DNA from: an uncultured Verrucomicrobiae bacterium
GTDB taxonomy: Bacteria > Verrucomicrobiota > Verrucomicrobiia > Chthoniobacterales > UBA10450
Assembly (NCBI GenBank): GCA_963840135.1
Contig: CAWIXX010000017.1
Span: forward strand, 263,691 to 327,690
Direction of reading: 5' to 3'
DNA: 64,000 nucleotides
Of this stretch, positions 18,788-27,106 are shown piece after piece. The notes beneath the pieces are model-generated. The model was not told the origin of the DNA. It saw nothing but the letters and a program-made list of their open reading frames with translations, and did no database searches. Numbering within the stretch: position 1 is the first letter of the stretch; each line of letters opens with the position of its first letter. Both the position numbers and the translations under genes were made by a program.

Positions 18788-21628
18788 CTACTTATCGCTG
18801 GCCTTCGGCGCGAGGGAAGCGACGATTTGTTCAAAACGCGGGTCGCCACGAAGCGGATCCCACCACGGCATCAGTTTGAGTTGGCCATAGGTGACACCAC
18901 TCGGAACTTGGGTGGCAATGGCCAGTTGTTCGCAAGCCAGATCGTTGTCGCCAACCCATGCGGCAATCTTCGCCAGATACCTGATCATCGCCTTGCCTCT
19001 GATTGCGTCCCTTTCCATCGGAAGAAGCTCGACCGCGCGGCGGCCTTCGCGCAACGCTTCCTCTTTCTGTCCAAGAGCGGCGTCGATTAAACCAAGCACG
19101 CAACGCGCTGGGCCGTGATTTGGTTCTGCCTGCACAATCTTCTCCTGCTCCGCGCGGGCTGCTGTGAAAGCGGCGCGCGCTTTCGCATCATCTTTCATCA
19201 TGAGCGCGATAAGGCCTTCGACGAGCAGATGATTCCATTGAACACTCCCGTCCATGAAAGGCGTTTCGCCCAGCGCAATCAAAGCGTCTTTTGCGGCAGC
19301 GGCGTCGCGCTCTGCTAACGCGCAGGTAAGCCAATTATTGGCGATCCCCCGCACGCCAGCCGAATTCCCTGCGCGGATTTCATCGATCACCTGATGCAAA
19401 GGCTGGGTATCGGCTTTCCAATCCAGGTCCACATTCGCGCGGATCACTTTGGTCTCAGCGCGGTTCGGTTCGGCGGCCATAGCACGGTCCAATACCAATG
19501 TTTCTTCAGCATAGCTTCGGAAAAGGTCGTAATTGGTCGCGATCTGGTGCAACGTCTCCAGATTGTGCGGGTCGAGCTCAACTGCGCGCTCGAGGTCTCG
19601 CGCGGATTCTTCCCAGCGCCCCTGCCGCCTCTGAATGTAACCCATCAACTGGAATATCGGCGCATCGTTTGGGAGGCTCTGACGAGCCACTTCCAGTTGC
19701 GCCAGAGCGCCATCATAATCGAGGTATCCCCAATAAAGATTTTGAGCACGCGCGAGGTGTGCTTCGCCTGCCTCCGGACGTAGCCGAAACGCTGTCTGGA
19801 TTGCCGCTTCGGCCAGGGCAAGGCGTGCGGGAGTATGATCGAAGCCATCGAAGTAAAGGCGATCATGAATATAGGCCAGTTGGCAATACGCCGGAAAAAA
19901 CGCCGGATCTCGCACGACAGCCTGATTCAACAGGTCGGCCGCGTGACGCAGATGCCCTCCGTCATCGTCTCTAAAGCTGGCCGCTAGAAGAAGATTGTTG
20001 GCACGCGTGTAGAGATCGAACGCAGGAATGTCGCTGGTTTTGGGACGTTCGATTTCGCTCTTTTCATTTGCTGAGAGTTTCGCATTGAGTTCGCCGGCAA
20101 TCGCTGTTGCGACTTCATTTTCAATCGCGAATACGTCTGCAAGATCGCGATCGTAGATCTGCCCCCATGAACGGCGGTCAGTGCGCGCATCGACCAGTTC
20201 CGCGTTGACGCGAACGCGATTGCCAGAGCGCTGAACAGTTCCCTCCACCAGATGCGCCACACCGAGTTGCTGGCCGATCTTGCGCAGATCGCGCGCCACT
20301 CCGCTCTTGTATTGCATCACGGATGTGCGCCCGATCACCTTCAGATCCGCGATCTTGGCCAGGTCCGTCAGAATTTCGTCCTGCACGCCATCGGCAAAAT
20401 AGGCGTTATCCGGATCCCGGCTCAGGTTTTCAAACGGAAGCACTGCGACGCTCTTTGCGGGTACCGGGGTTTTAGGCGCAAGAAACTTCTCCCCGAGTAG
20501 CCAAACGACGGCAAGCGCAAGCAAAAGGCACGCAGTACTCGCGCTCGCTAAAATTGGATTGCGCCGCGACCAGCGGAAAACTCGCGCTGGTGCTCGCACG
20601 GGCCGCGCGATGATCGGTCGTCTCTCCAGCCAGCGCTCAAGATCTTCCGCAAGCGCACCAGCGGTCTGATACCGCGCCTTGGGATCGCGTTCGAGGCAAC
20701 GGGCGACAATTATTTCGAGATCGCGATCGAGCGGTGGGATGAATGACCGAAGCTTCGGCGCCGGAGTTGCGGCAGCCTGCCGAATGACCGAAAGCGCATT
20801 CGCGCCGATGAAAGGCGGCCGGCCGGCAAGCAGATTGAACAGGATTGCGCCGAGACTATAAATATCCGCCGCAGGACCGAAGTTGGCACCCTCAGCTTGC
20901 TCGGGAGCGATGTAACCGGGTGTACCAAACGTGGTTAGGGTTCGGGTGAGGTCGCTCTCTTCATCGAGCCATTTCGCCAGACCGAAATCGCTCACCAGCG
21001 GTTCGCCGCGTGCGTCCAACAGAATATTTCCCGGCTGAAGATCGCGGTGAAGAATCCCGTATGTGTGCGCATACTCAATTGCGCGGGCGATCTTCGACAT
21101 CAGCCGTGCACATTCGCGCGGTCCCCTGCGCAGGCCGGACGCAGCAGTGCGCAAGCTTCCTCCGGTAGCGAATTTCATGCTGAAAAAAGGAACTCCGTCC
21201 TCTGTTTCGCTGACTTCGTAAACCGGAAGAATATTCGGATGATCGAGACTGGCAGCTGCTTCCGCCTCACGACGGAACCGCGCGAGTGTCTCATGCGAAT
21301 CCGCGTGGTAGCTGACCACACGTTTCAACGCCACGATGCGTCCGGAGTGGCGCTGCCGTGCTCGGTAAATCACACCCATGCCGCCGCGCCCGACTTCCTT
21401 TAGAATTTCGTAATTGCCGAGCCGCCATTGTTTGTCAGGCACATCGGCCTCTCCGAGCACGCCCTCGAACACTTCCGCGGACGCTTCGACTTCTGCTTCA
21501 AAGTTTTCTTTAAGAAGACAACTCACGCAGCAACCGTTATCGAGACGGGTGGTAGCGCCACATTGCTCGCATCTTGCTGCGCCTTCCACGCCCATGACTG
21601 AGCCGGAGGGATCTGCCACAGCTTTCAT
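18788..21628 (-). CDS. Transmembrane Ser/Thr protein kinase with a periplasmic sensor and TPR region
   Basis: 946 aa. N-terminal 4-Cys cluster (CEQCG...CCVSC). Hanks kinase motifs (GRGGMGVIYRA, HRDLQPGNILL, DFGLAK). One TM helix, then SVAVLPFENLSRDPDNAYFADGVQDEILTDLAKI and TPR-like repeats. Confidence 0.9.
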   Translation of the reverse strand: MKAVADPSGSVMGVEGAARCEQCGATTRLDNGCCVSCLLKENFEAEVEASAEVFEGVLGEADVPDKQWRLGNYEILKEVGRGGMGVIYRARQRHSGRIVALKRVVSYHADSHETLARFRREAEAAASLDHPNILPVYEVSETEDGVPFFSMKFATGGSLRTAASGLRRGPRECARLMSKIARAIEYAHTYGILHRDLQPGNILLDARGEPLVSDFGLAKWLDEESDLTRTLTTFGTPGYIAPEQAEGANFGPAADIYSLGAILFNLLAGRPPFIGANALSVIRQAAATPAPKLRSFIPPLDRDLEIIVARCLERDPKARYQTAGALAEDLERWLERRPIIARPVRAPARVFRWSRRNPILASASTACLLLALAVVWLLGEKFLAPKTPVPAKSVAVLPFENLSRDPDNAYFADGVQDEILTDLAKIADLKVIGRTSVMQYKSGVARDLRKIGQQLGVAHLVEGTVQRSGNRVRVNAELVDARTDRRSWGQIYDRDLADVFAIENEVATAIAGELNAKLSANEKSEIERPKTSDIPAFDLYTRANNLLLAASFRDDDGGHLRHAADLLNQAVVRDPAFFPAYCQLAYIHDRLYFDGFDHTPARLALAEAAIQTAFRLRPEAGEAHLARAQNLYWGYLDYDGALAQLEVARQSLPNDAPIFQLMGYIQRRQGRWEESARDLERAVELDPHNLETLHQIATNYDLFRSYAEETLVLDRAMAAEPNRAETKVIRANVDLDWKADTQPLHQVIDEIRAGNSAGVRGIANNWLTCALAERDAAAAKDALIALGETPFMDGSVQWNHLLVEGLIALMMKDDAKARAAFTAARAEQEKIVQAEPNHGPARCVLGLIDAALGQKEEALREGRRAVELLPMERDAIRGKAMIRYLAKIAAWVGDNDLACEQLAIATQVPSGVTYGQLKLMPWWDPLRGDPRFEQIVASLAPKASDK

Positions 21629-22398
21629 CAGTTAGTCTCTGCCAGCACGGCACAGAGATGGCGAATCTCGTCATCAATGTCCGCCAGGTTTTCCACAGTG
21701 CGCGCGACTTCATCGCGCAAGAACCACCGGTAACGCTTCCGCAAATTGTGGAGCTGCTTTTTTACCATTGTCTCCGCGATTCCCAAAGCAGCCGCAAGAT
21801 TGGCGTACGACAAATCGCTGCATCCCGGCGTAAGATGCGCGCTCAACATCTCGAACAGCCGGAGTCGGCCTTTGCATTCGCATTCCTCGCGGAGACGTTG
21901 CAGAGCGTGTTCTACAACTGTCGCCGCCCAACGGAGATCAAAGAGATGCTCTGTCGAAATATACTCGAGGGTCTTAGCGGGGACGGACAACTGGGACGGC
22001 GCCTCGGCAATCCATTCGTCCCAGGAAACGAACTCCATTCTGCCACCCCGCTTAACTGCGCGAGTTCTCTCTTCGGCATGACTGAGAAAATTCTGCAGCG
22101 ACTTAAGCAGAAACGAACGGAATCGGCCACGATGTTCGTCGGCGCGCCGGAGCCAGTTGCTCTCCAGGATCATCGCGAAAAAATCCTGGGTGAGATCCTG
22201 CGCTTCCTCGATGGGGTAACCCTGACGACTTACGAACACGAAGACGGGCCGCCAATACGTCCGGCAAAGTTCAGCGAGCGCTTCGCGCGCCTTTTGCTCA
22301 TCGGCGTTTGAGCCTGCGGCGGAAAGAATCAGGCTCCAGCGCGTCGTGCCGAACCCGCGCAGTTCGGCTGAGCCCGTCGCCGCCATCTCCGATCTCAT
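21628..22398 (-). CDS. ECF-type RNA polymerase sigma factor (large, kinase-associated type)
   Basis: 256 aa. Region 2-like EEAQDLTQDFFAMILE. Region 4 HTH LSYANLAAALGIAETMVKKQLHNLRKRY. Its stop overlaps the kinase start by 1 nt (TGATG). No anti-sigma gene is adjacent. Confidence 0.8.
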   Translation of the reverse strand: MRSEMAATGSAELRGFGTTRWSLILSAAGSNADEQKAREALAELCRTYWRPVFVFVSRQGYPIEEAQDLTQDFFAMILESNWLRRADEHRGRFRSFLLKSLQNFLSHAEERTRAVKRGGRMEFVSWDEWIAEAPSQLSVPAKTLEYISTEHLFDLRWAATVVEHALQRLREECECKGRLRLFEMLSAHLTPGCSDLSYANLAAALGIAETMVKKQLHNLRKRYRWFLRDEVARTVENLADIDDEIRHLCAVLAETN

Positions 22399-22463
22399 CT
22401 AAAGCACAGGCTGCCCATTGTCGGATTCTTTTACAAGCGTAAATACCATCCGCCGGAGCGCGA

Positions 22464-22586
22464 GTAGGGCGTCTGTGTCAGACGCCGACCAAGGCGCTTC
22501 ACAGAATGGAGCCGCGGAGGTGCGAGCGACATAGACGGGCAGCATATCTGGGCTAGAGAGCGGGAGCGAACGAGTCAACGCCCTAC
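22464..22586. repeat. Family B element (GTAGGGCG ... CGCCCTAC termini, about 125 nt)
   Basis: GTAGGGCGTCTGTGTCAGACGCC hairpin head. Internal ACAGAATGGAGCCG and GAGCGAACGAGTCAA blocks are shared with the copy at 48944. Lies in the sigma/fibre divergent intergenic region. Confidence 0.8.
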
Positions 22587-22631
22587 AAATCGGATGAACC
22601 GTCCCGGATACAACTTTCCAAAAATTATTCC

Positions 22632-22655
22632 GGAACTTACGTCCGCCACTTCGTT
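22632..22655 (+). promoter_or_regulatory. Candidate ECF-type promoter upstream of fibre paralogue 1
   Basis: GGAAC (22632-22636), 15 nt, then CGTT (22652-22655), about 30 nt upstream of ATG 22685. An AAAGGAAAAA purine-rich stretch lies before the ATG. The spacer is 1-2 nt shorter than classic ECF promoters. Confidence 0.3.
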
Positions 22656-22684
22656 AGAACCTTGATGAAAGGAAAAATTAATTT

Positions 22685-24010
22685 ATGAAAAATCGAAACA
22701 TTATACTCACAACGATACTCTTCGCCCTTGGTTCCTTTGCGCTTCCGCAGGGGACGCAAGCGGTCGAACCAGCGGCGCCGGATACGGCCTTAGCCGGAGG
22801 CAACACTGCGGATGGGCAAAGCGCCCTTGGGAGCCTAACCACCGGTCAATTCAATTCGGCATTTGGCTTTTTGTCGCTTCTAAGCAACGCCGGCGCCAAC
22901 TTCAACACGGGTGTTGGTGCCGGTGCGCTCCTTAGCAACACTGCAGACTCAAATACGGCCGTTGGTGCTGGAACGCTTTTTAGCAATACCACCGGGGGCG
23001 ACAACACGGCCAACGGAGCGTTCGCCCTCTTTAGCAACGTTAGCGGCATCTTCAACACGGCCACCGGTTTTCAGGCGCTCCTGAACAGTACCGGCGACAG
23101 AAACACGGCCAATGGTGCTGATGCGCTCCTTTCCAACACGAGCGGCGGTGAGAACACAGCCGACGGTAATAATGCGCTCCGTAACAACACTATCGCCAAT
23201 TTCAACACGGCGGCCGGCGCGTCGGCCCTGGTTACCAACACCACTGGCCATGACAACACGGCCGTTGGTACAAACGCACTCTTCAGCAATACGACGGCCA
23301 ACTTCAACACGGGCGTTGGATCGGCCGCGCTTGGCGGAAGTACTGGCGACAGCAACACAGCTATGGGCTTTGGCGCGCTACAGGGTGACACCACCGGCAG
23401 CAACAATGTCGCACTGGGCGCTGGAGCTGGTTCGGCTCTGACTACTGGCGATAATAACATCTGTATCGGCCACAACGTTACTGGTGTGGCAGGGGACGCC
23501 GACACCATCCGGATCGGGAACGTGAACACCACCACCACCTTTGTCCGCGGGATCAGCGGAACAGCCGTTACCGGCACACCAGTTGTGGTAAACGGCAATG
23601 GTCAACTTGGCGTCGCACCCTCTTCGAAGCGTTTCAAGGACGAGATCAAGCCAATGGAAAAAGCGAGCGAAGTGCTCCTGGCACTAAAGCCGGTTACGTT
23701 TCGTTACAAGAAGGAGATTGATCCGGCAGGCACATCGCAGTTCGGGCTTGTGGCTGAAGAGGTAGAAAAGGTGAATCGGGACCTGGTGGTACACGACAAG
23801 AAAGGAAAACCGTACAGCGTGCGTTACGAGCAGGTGAACGCGATGTTGCTTAACGAGTTCCTCAAAGAACACAACACGGTGCAAGAGTTGAGGAAGGAAC
23901 TCGCAGCGCTCGCGGCAACTGTGAAAGACCAGGGAGCGCAAATCGAGAAAGTGAGCGCTCGGCTCGAGGTCAGTAAGCCGGCGGCAAAAGTGGTCCTCAA
24001 TAACCCGTAA
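22685..24010 (+). CDS. Secreted repeat-fibre protein with C-terminal S74-type intramolecular chaperone domain (paralogue 1)
   Basis: 441 aa. Signal peptide, then about a dozen 16-17-residue NTAxGxxALxSNTxGxx repeats. TIRIGN...TFVRGISG neck. SSKRFKDEIKPM at 23621-23656, then VTFRYK...GLVAEEVEKV...YEQVNAMLLNEFLKEH and a heptad-rich tail. Confidence 0.8.
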   Translation: MKNRNIILTTILFALGSFALPQGTQAVEPAAPDTALAGGNTADGQSALGSLTTGQFNSAFGFLSLLSNAGANFNTGVGAGALLSNTADSNTAVGAGTLFSNTTGGDNTANGAFALFSNVSGIFNTATGFQALLNSTGDRNTANGADALLSNTSGGENTADGNNALRNNTIANFNTAAGASALVTNTTGHDNTAVGTNALFSNTTANFNTGVGSAALGGSTGDSNTAMGFGALQGDTTGSNNVALGAGAGSALTTGDNNICIGHNVTGVAGDADTIRIGNVNTTTTFVRGISGTAVTGTPVVVNGNGQLGVAPSSKRFKDEIKPMEKASEVLLALKPVTFRYKKEIDPAGTSQFGLVAEEVEKVNRDLVVHDKKGKPYSVRYEQVNAMLLNEFLKEHNTVQELRKELAALAATVKDQGAQIEKVSARLEVSKPAAKVVLNNP

Positions 24011-24090
24011 AACTATTCCAGGATGGTAGCTTGTGACCGGAGTTTCCGACCTCGGCTACAGCTGCAATATGGAAGCTTGTAATTTGTGAC

Positions 24091-24113
24091 GGCGGGCGTG
24101 CCGCCCCCTTTTT
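24091..24113 (+). terminator. Putative intrinsic terminator after fibre paralogue 1
   Basis: GGCGG-gcgtg-CCGCC followed by CCCTTTTT. Confidence 0.55.
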
Positions 24114-24123
24114 AAATGAAACT

Positions 24124-24146
24124 GCAGCCGCCACGGCTGCCACTAC
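24124..24146 (-). repeat. GTAG-headed REP-like singlet (minus orientation)
   Basis: The plus strand reads GCAGCCGCCACGGCTGCCACTAC. Stem GCAGCC/GGCTGC, with the complement of GTAG at 24143-24146. Confidence 0.5.
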
Positions 24147-24258
24147 AGAAATAACGCCCCGCAAATCCAAAAGGTCAGTGATCAGATCGAACACGAATTC
24201 GCAATAACCAAAATCACAGAAGGCCAAAACACAAAAGCTAATGAAAGGAAATCGAACT

Positions 24259-25598
24259 ATGAAAAATCGAAACAACAGAATAACAGCAATACTCTTGGCG
24301 CTTGGCTTCCTTGCGGTCGCCTCCTTTGCGCTTCCGCAGAGGACGGAGGCGGTAAGTCCGGCGCCAGACGGAGGCTATCCCGGGGGCAACACGGCAGAGG
24401 GGCAAAATGCCCTGTTGAGCCTTACCAGCGGCGTTTACAATACAGGAATTGGTATATTCTCGCTACTAAGCCTTACGGACGGCAGTTTCAACACGGGTGT
24501 CGGCGCTGGAGCACTGTTTACCAATACCGCCAGCGAAAATACAGCTACCGGCGCCGGGGCACTTTTTAGCAATACCACCGGGGGGACAACACGGCCAACG
24601 GAGCATTTGCCCTGTTCAGCAACACCATCGGTCAGAACAACACGGCCAATGGAGTGTCTGCGCTCCAGAGCAACACAGAAGGCAGTGATAATACAGCCAT
24701 TGGTCGTCAAGCGCTCTTCAGCAACACCAGCGGCGGCAGCAACACGGCGATCGGTGATTCCGCACTCTTCAACAACACCACCGGTAGCGTCAACACGGCT
24801 GTCGGTCTGCAAGCGCTCGAAAACAACACCACCGGCAATCGCAACACGGCCACTGGCTTAAGCGCGCTTAGTGGCAATGCGACCGGCAACGATAACACTG
24901 CCACTGGTCACGAAGCGCTCCAGTTCAACCTCAGCAGCGGCAACACGGCCATGGGTAGCGGTTCGCTTTCTGAAAACGCGACTGGCAGCAATAACACGGC
25001 CTTGGGTTTCAATGCTGGCGCCAACGTGGACGGCGATAATAATATCGATATTGGGAGCGGCGTTCAGGGTGTAGCTGGCGAGAGCAACACGATCCGAATC
25101 GGCGATACAGATATTACTGACACCTTTATCAGAGGAATCAGTGGAGCAACGGCTTCTGGTGGTGCTGCAGTTTTTGTGAATGGAAACGGCAAGCTGGGCA
25201 CGATGACCTCATCAGCGCGATTCAAAAATGAGATCAAGCCGATGGGCAACGCCAGCGAAGTTATTCTGACTCTGAGGCCGGTAAGCTTTCGCTACAAGAA
25301 AGAGATTGATCCGCAAAGCATCCCGCAATTTGGCCTGGTGGCCGAGGACGTAGAAAAAGTGAATCCCGATCTGGTCACTCGCGATCGGGAGGGCAAGCCG
25401 CAGACGGTTCGTTACGAGCAGATCAACGCAATGCTGCTCAACGAGTTTCTCAAAGAACACAGTAAAGTTGGGCAACTTGAAGCTGCGCTCGACGCGGTCA
25501 ACAAACGTCTAAATGAGCAGGAGACAAGAATTCAGAAAGTCAGTGCAAAACTTGAGGTGAACAAACCGGCGACAACCATGGCTCTCAACAGTCAGTAA
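24259..25598 (+). CDS. Secreted repeat-fibre protein with S74-type chaperone domain (paralogue 2); frameshifted at a G6 run, 24580-24585
   Basis: Same architecture as paralogue 1. The 5' part is in the frame of 24241. The remainder is in the frame of 24654 and is open back to GAC at 24585. Paralogue 1 has GGGGGCGAC where this copy has GGGGGGAC. SSARFKNEIKPM at 25209. Confidence 0.75.
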
Positions 25599-25627
25599 AA
25601 AACAAAACAATCCAAGGAAATTAAATT

Positions 25628-26917
25628 ATGACACATCGTAACACACTATTCACAACCATACTCTTAGCCTTTTGGTTCTTGGTGTTTAGTTGCCTTGTAT
25701 TCCCACAGAAGACGCAAGCGGTCAGTCCTGCGCCGGACGGGGGCTATCCCGGGGGCAACACGGCAGAGGGAACGAACGCCCTTTTGGGCCTGACCGCTGG
25801 CACGTACAATACGGCAGTAGGTTTCTTGTCGCTCGCGAGCAACACGGAAGGCCAATTCAATACCGCCCTGGGCGCGGGGGCACTTCTTGCCAACGTGGGA
25901 GATCCAGGTTCAGGCGCAGGAGTCGGAAATACGGCCACTGGTGCGGGAGCGCTTTTAAGCAACACCACCGGCGAGAGCAATACTGCAAATGGCGCGTTCG
26001 CGCTCTTTAGCAATAGTACCGGTGCGGTCAATACAGCCACCGGTGCTGACGCCCTATTGAACAACACCACCGGCTTCGCCAATACTGCTAATGGTGTTGG
26101 GGCTCTTTTCAGCAACAGCATCGGCAACAACAACACAGCCACGGGGTTTAGCGCCCTCTCCGCCAATATGAATGGCGACGGCAACACGGCGATCGGTCGG
26201 TCTGCGCTCACTATCACCACTGGCAGCGGCAACACGGCTTTGGGCGCTAACGCCGGCAACGCTCTCACTGCGGGTAATTTTAATATCGATATCGGCGTCG
26301 ATGTTATCGGTGTGGCAGGAGAGAGCAATACCATCCGGATCGGTGCCAACTTGGACGACACACCGGGAGCCTCAGCGTGCCATATCGGCGGGATCTATAA
26401 CCAGTTGGTTGATCCCGGCACCGCAAGTTCTATGGCAATCGATGCCACTGGAAAGTTAGGTACGGCGCTCTCGTCGCGGCGCTTCAAGCATGACATTAAA
26501 CCAATGGACAAGGCGAGCGAAGCGATTCTGGCGCTCAAGCCTGTGACCTTCCATTACAAGAGCGACGCTAAAAACACGCCGTGCTTTGGTTTAATCGCCG
26601 AAGAAGTGGCCGGGGTAAATCCCGATCTCGTCGTCCGCAACAAGAACGGCGAAATCTGGAGCGTTCGCTATGATCAGATCAACGCGATGTTGCTCAACGA
26701 GTTCCTCAAAGAACACCGGAAACTGCAGGAACAGCAAACGACGATCGGGCAACTGAAATCCAATGCTGCAAAGCAGGAAGCCACGATCAGTGAGCTCAAG
26801 AGCGATCTGCAAATTGTTATTGCTCGCCTCAAGGACCAGGATTCAAAAATCCAGAGCGTGAGCGCGGAAGTTGAAATGAACAACCGCTCATCACACGTGG
26901 TCGCTACCAATCCGTAA
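25628..26917 (+). CDS. Secreted repeat-fibre protein with S74-type chaperone domain (paralogue 3)
   Basis: 429 aa with the same architecture. SSRRFKHDIKPM at 26471. Only 29 nt downstream of paralogue 2. Confidence 0.8.
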   Translation: MTHRNTLFTTILLAFWFLVFSCLVFPQKTQAVSPAPDGGYPGGNTAEGTNALLGLTAGTYNTAVGFLSLASNTEGQFNTALGAGALLANVGDPGSGAGVGNTATGAGALLSNTTGESNTANGAFALFSNSTGAVNTATGADALLNNTTGFANTANGVGALFSNSIGNNNTATGFSALSANMNGDGNTAIGRSALTITTGSGNTALGANAGNALTAGNFNIDIGVDVIGVAGESNTIRIGANLDDTPGASACHIGGIYNQLVDPGTASSMAIDATGKLGTALSSRRFKHDIKPMDKASEAILALKPVTFHYKSDAKNTPCFGLIAEEVAGVNPDLVVRNKNGEIWSVRYDQINAMLLNEFLKEHRKLQEQQTTIGQLKSNAAKQEATISELKSDLQIVIARLKDQDSKIQSVSAEVEMNNRSSHVVATNP

Positions 26918-26939
26918 AGCAAAAGACTGAACACGGATA

Positions 26940-26971
26940 CAGCTGGGCTTGAGAAGGTGAGCGCCCAGCTG
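26940..26971 (+). terminator. Stable hairpin after fibre paralogue 3, possibly a terminator (no T-run)
   Basis: CAGCTGGGC - 14 nt - GCCCAGCTG, a 9-bp stem 23 nt after the stop. Confidence 0.35.
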
Positions 26972-27106
26972 GTTGCAGGCCGCATGGTGGACTCATAGGA
27001 AGCGAATCTTCGCGGAAAATTGCACTGAGTAATCGGTAAGGGGGATGCAGGCAATAGTAATTGGCTTTGACGACTACCTTATCGCTGGGTCCGACTGCTC
27101 AACGGA

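Noticed and set aside
23071-23598. Long antisense ORFs inside the fibre genes (also 22949-23251, 24435-24812 and 25744-26361)
   Set aside because: The periodic NTAxG repeats create stop-free antisense frames that read PV.LLKSA repeats. The sense frame carries the signal peptide and the conserved S74 domain.
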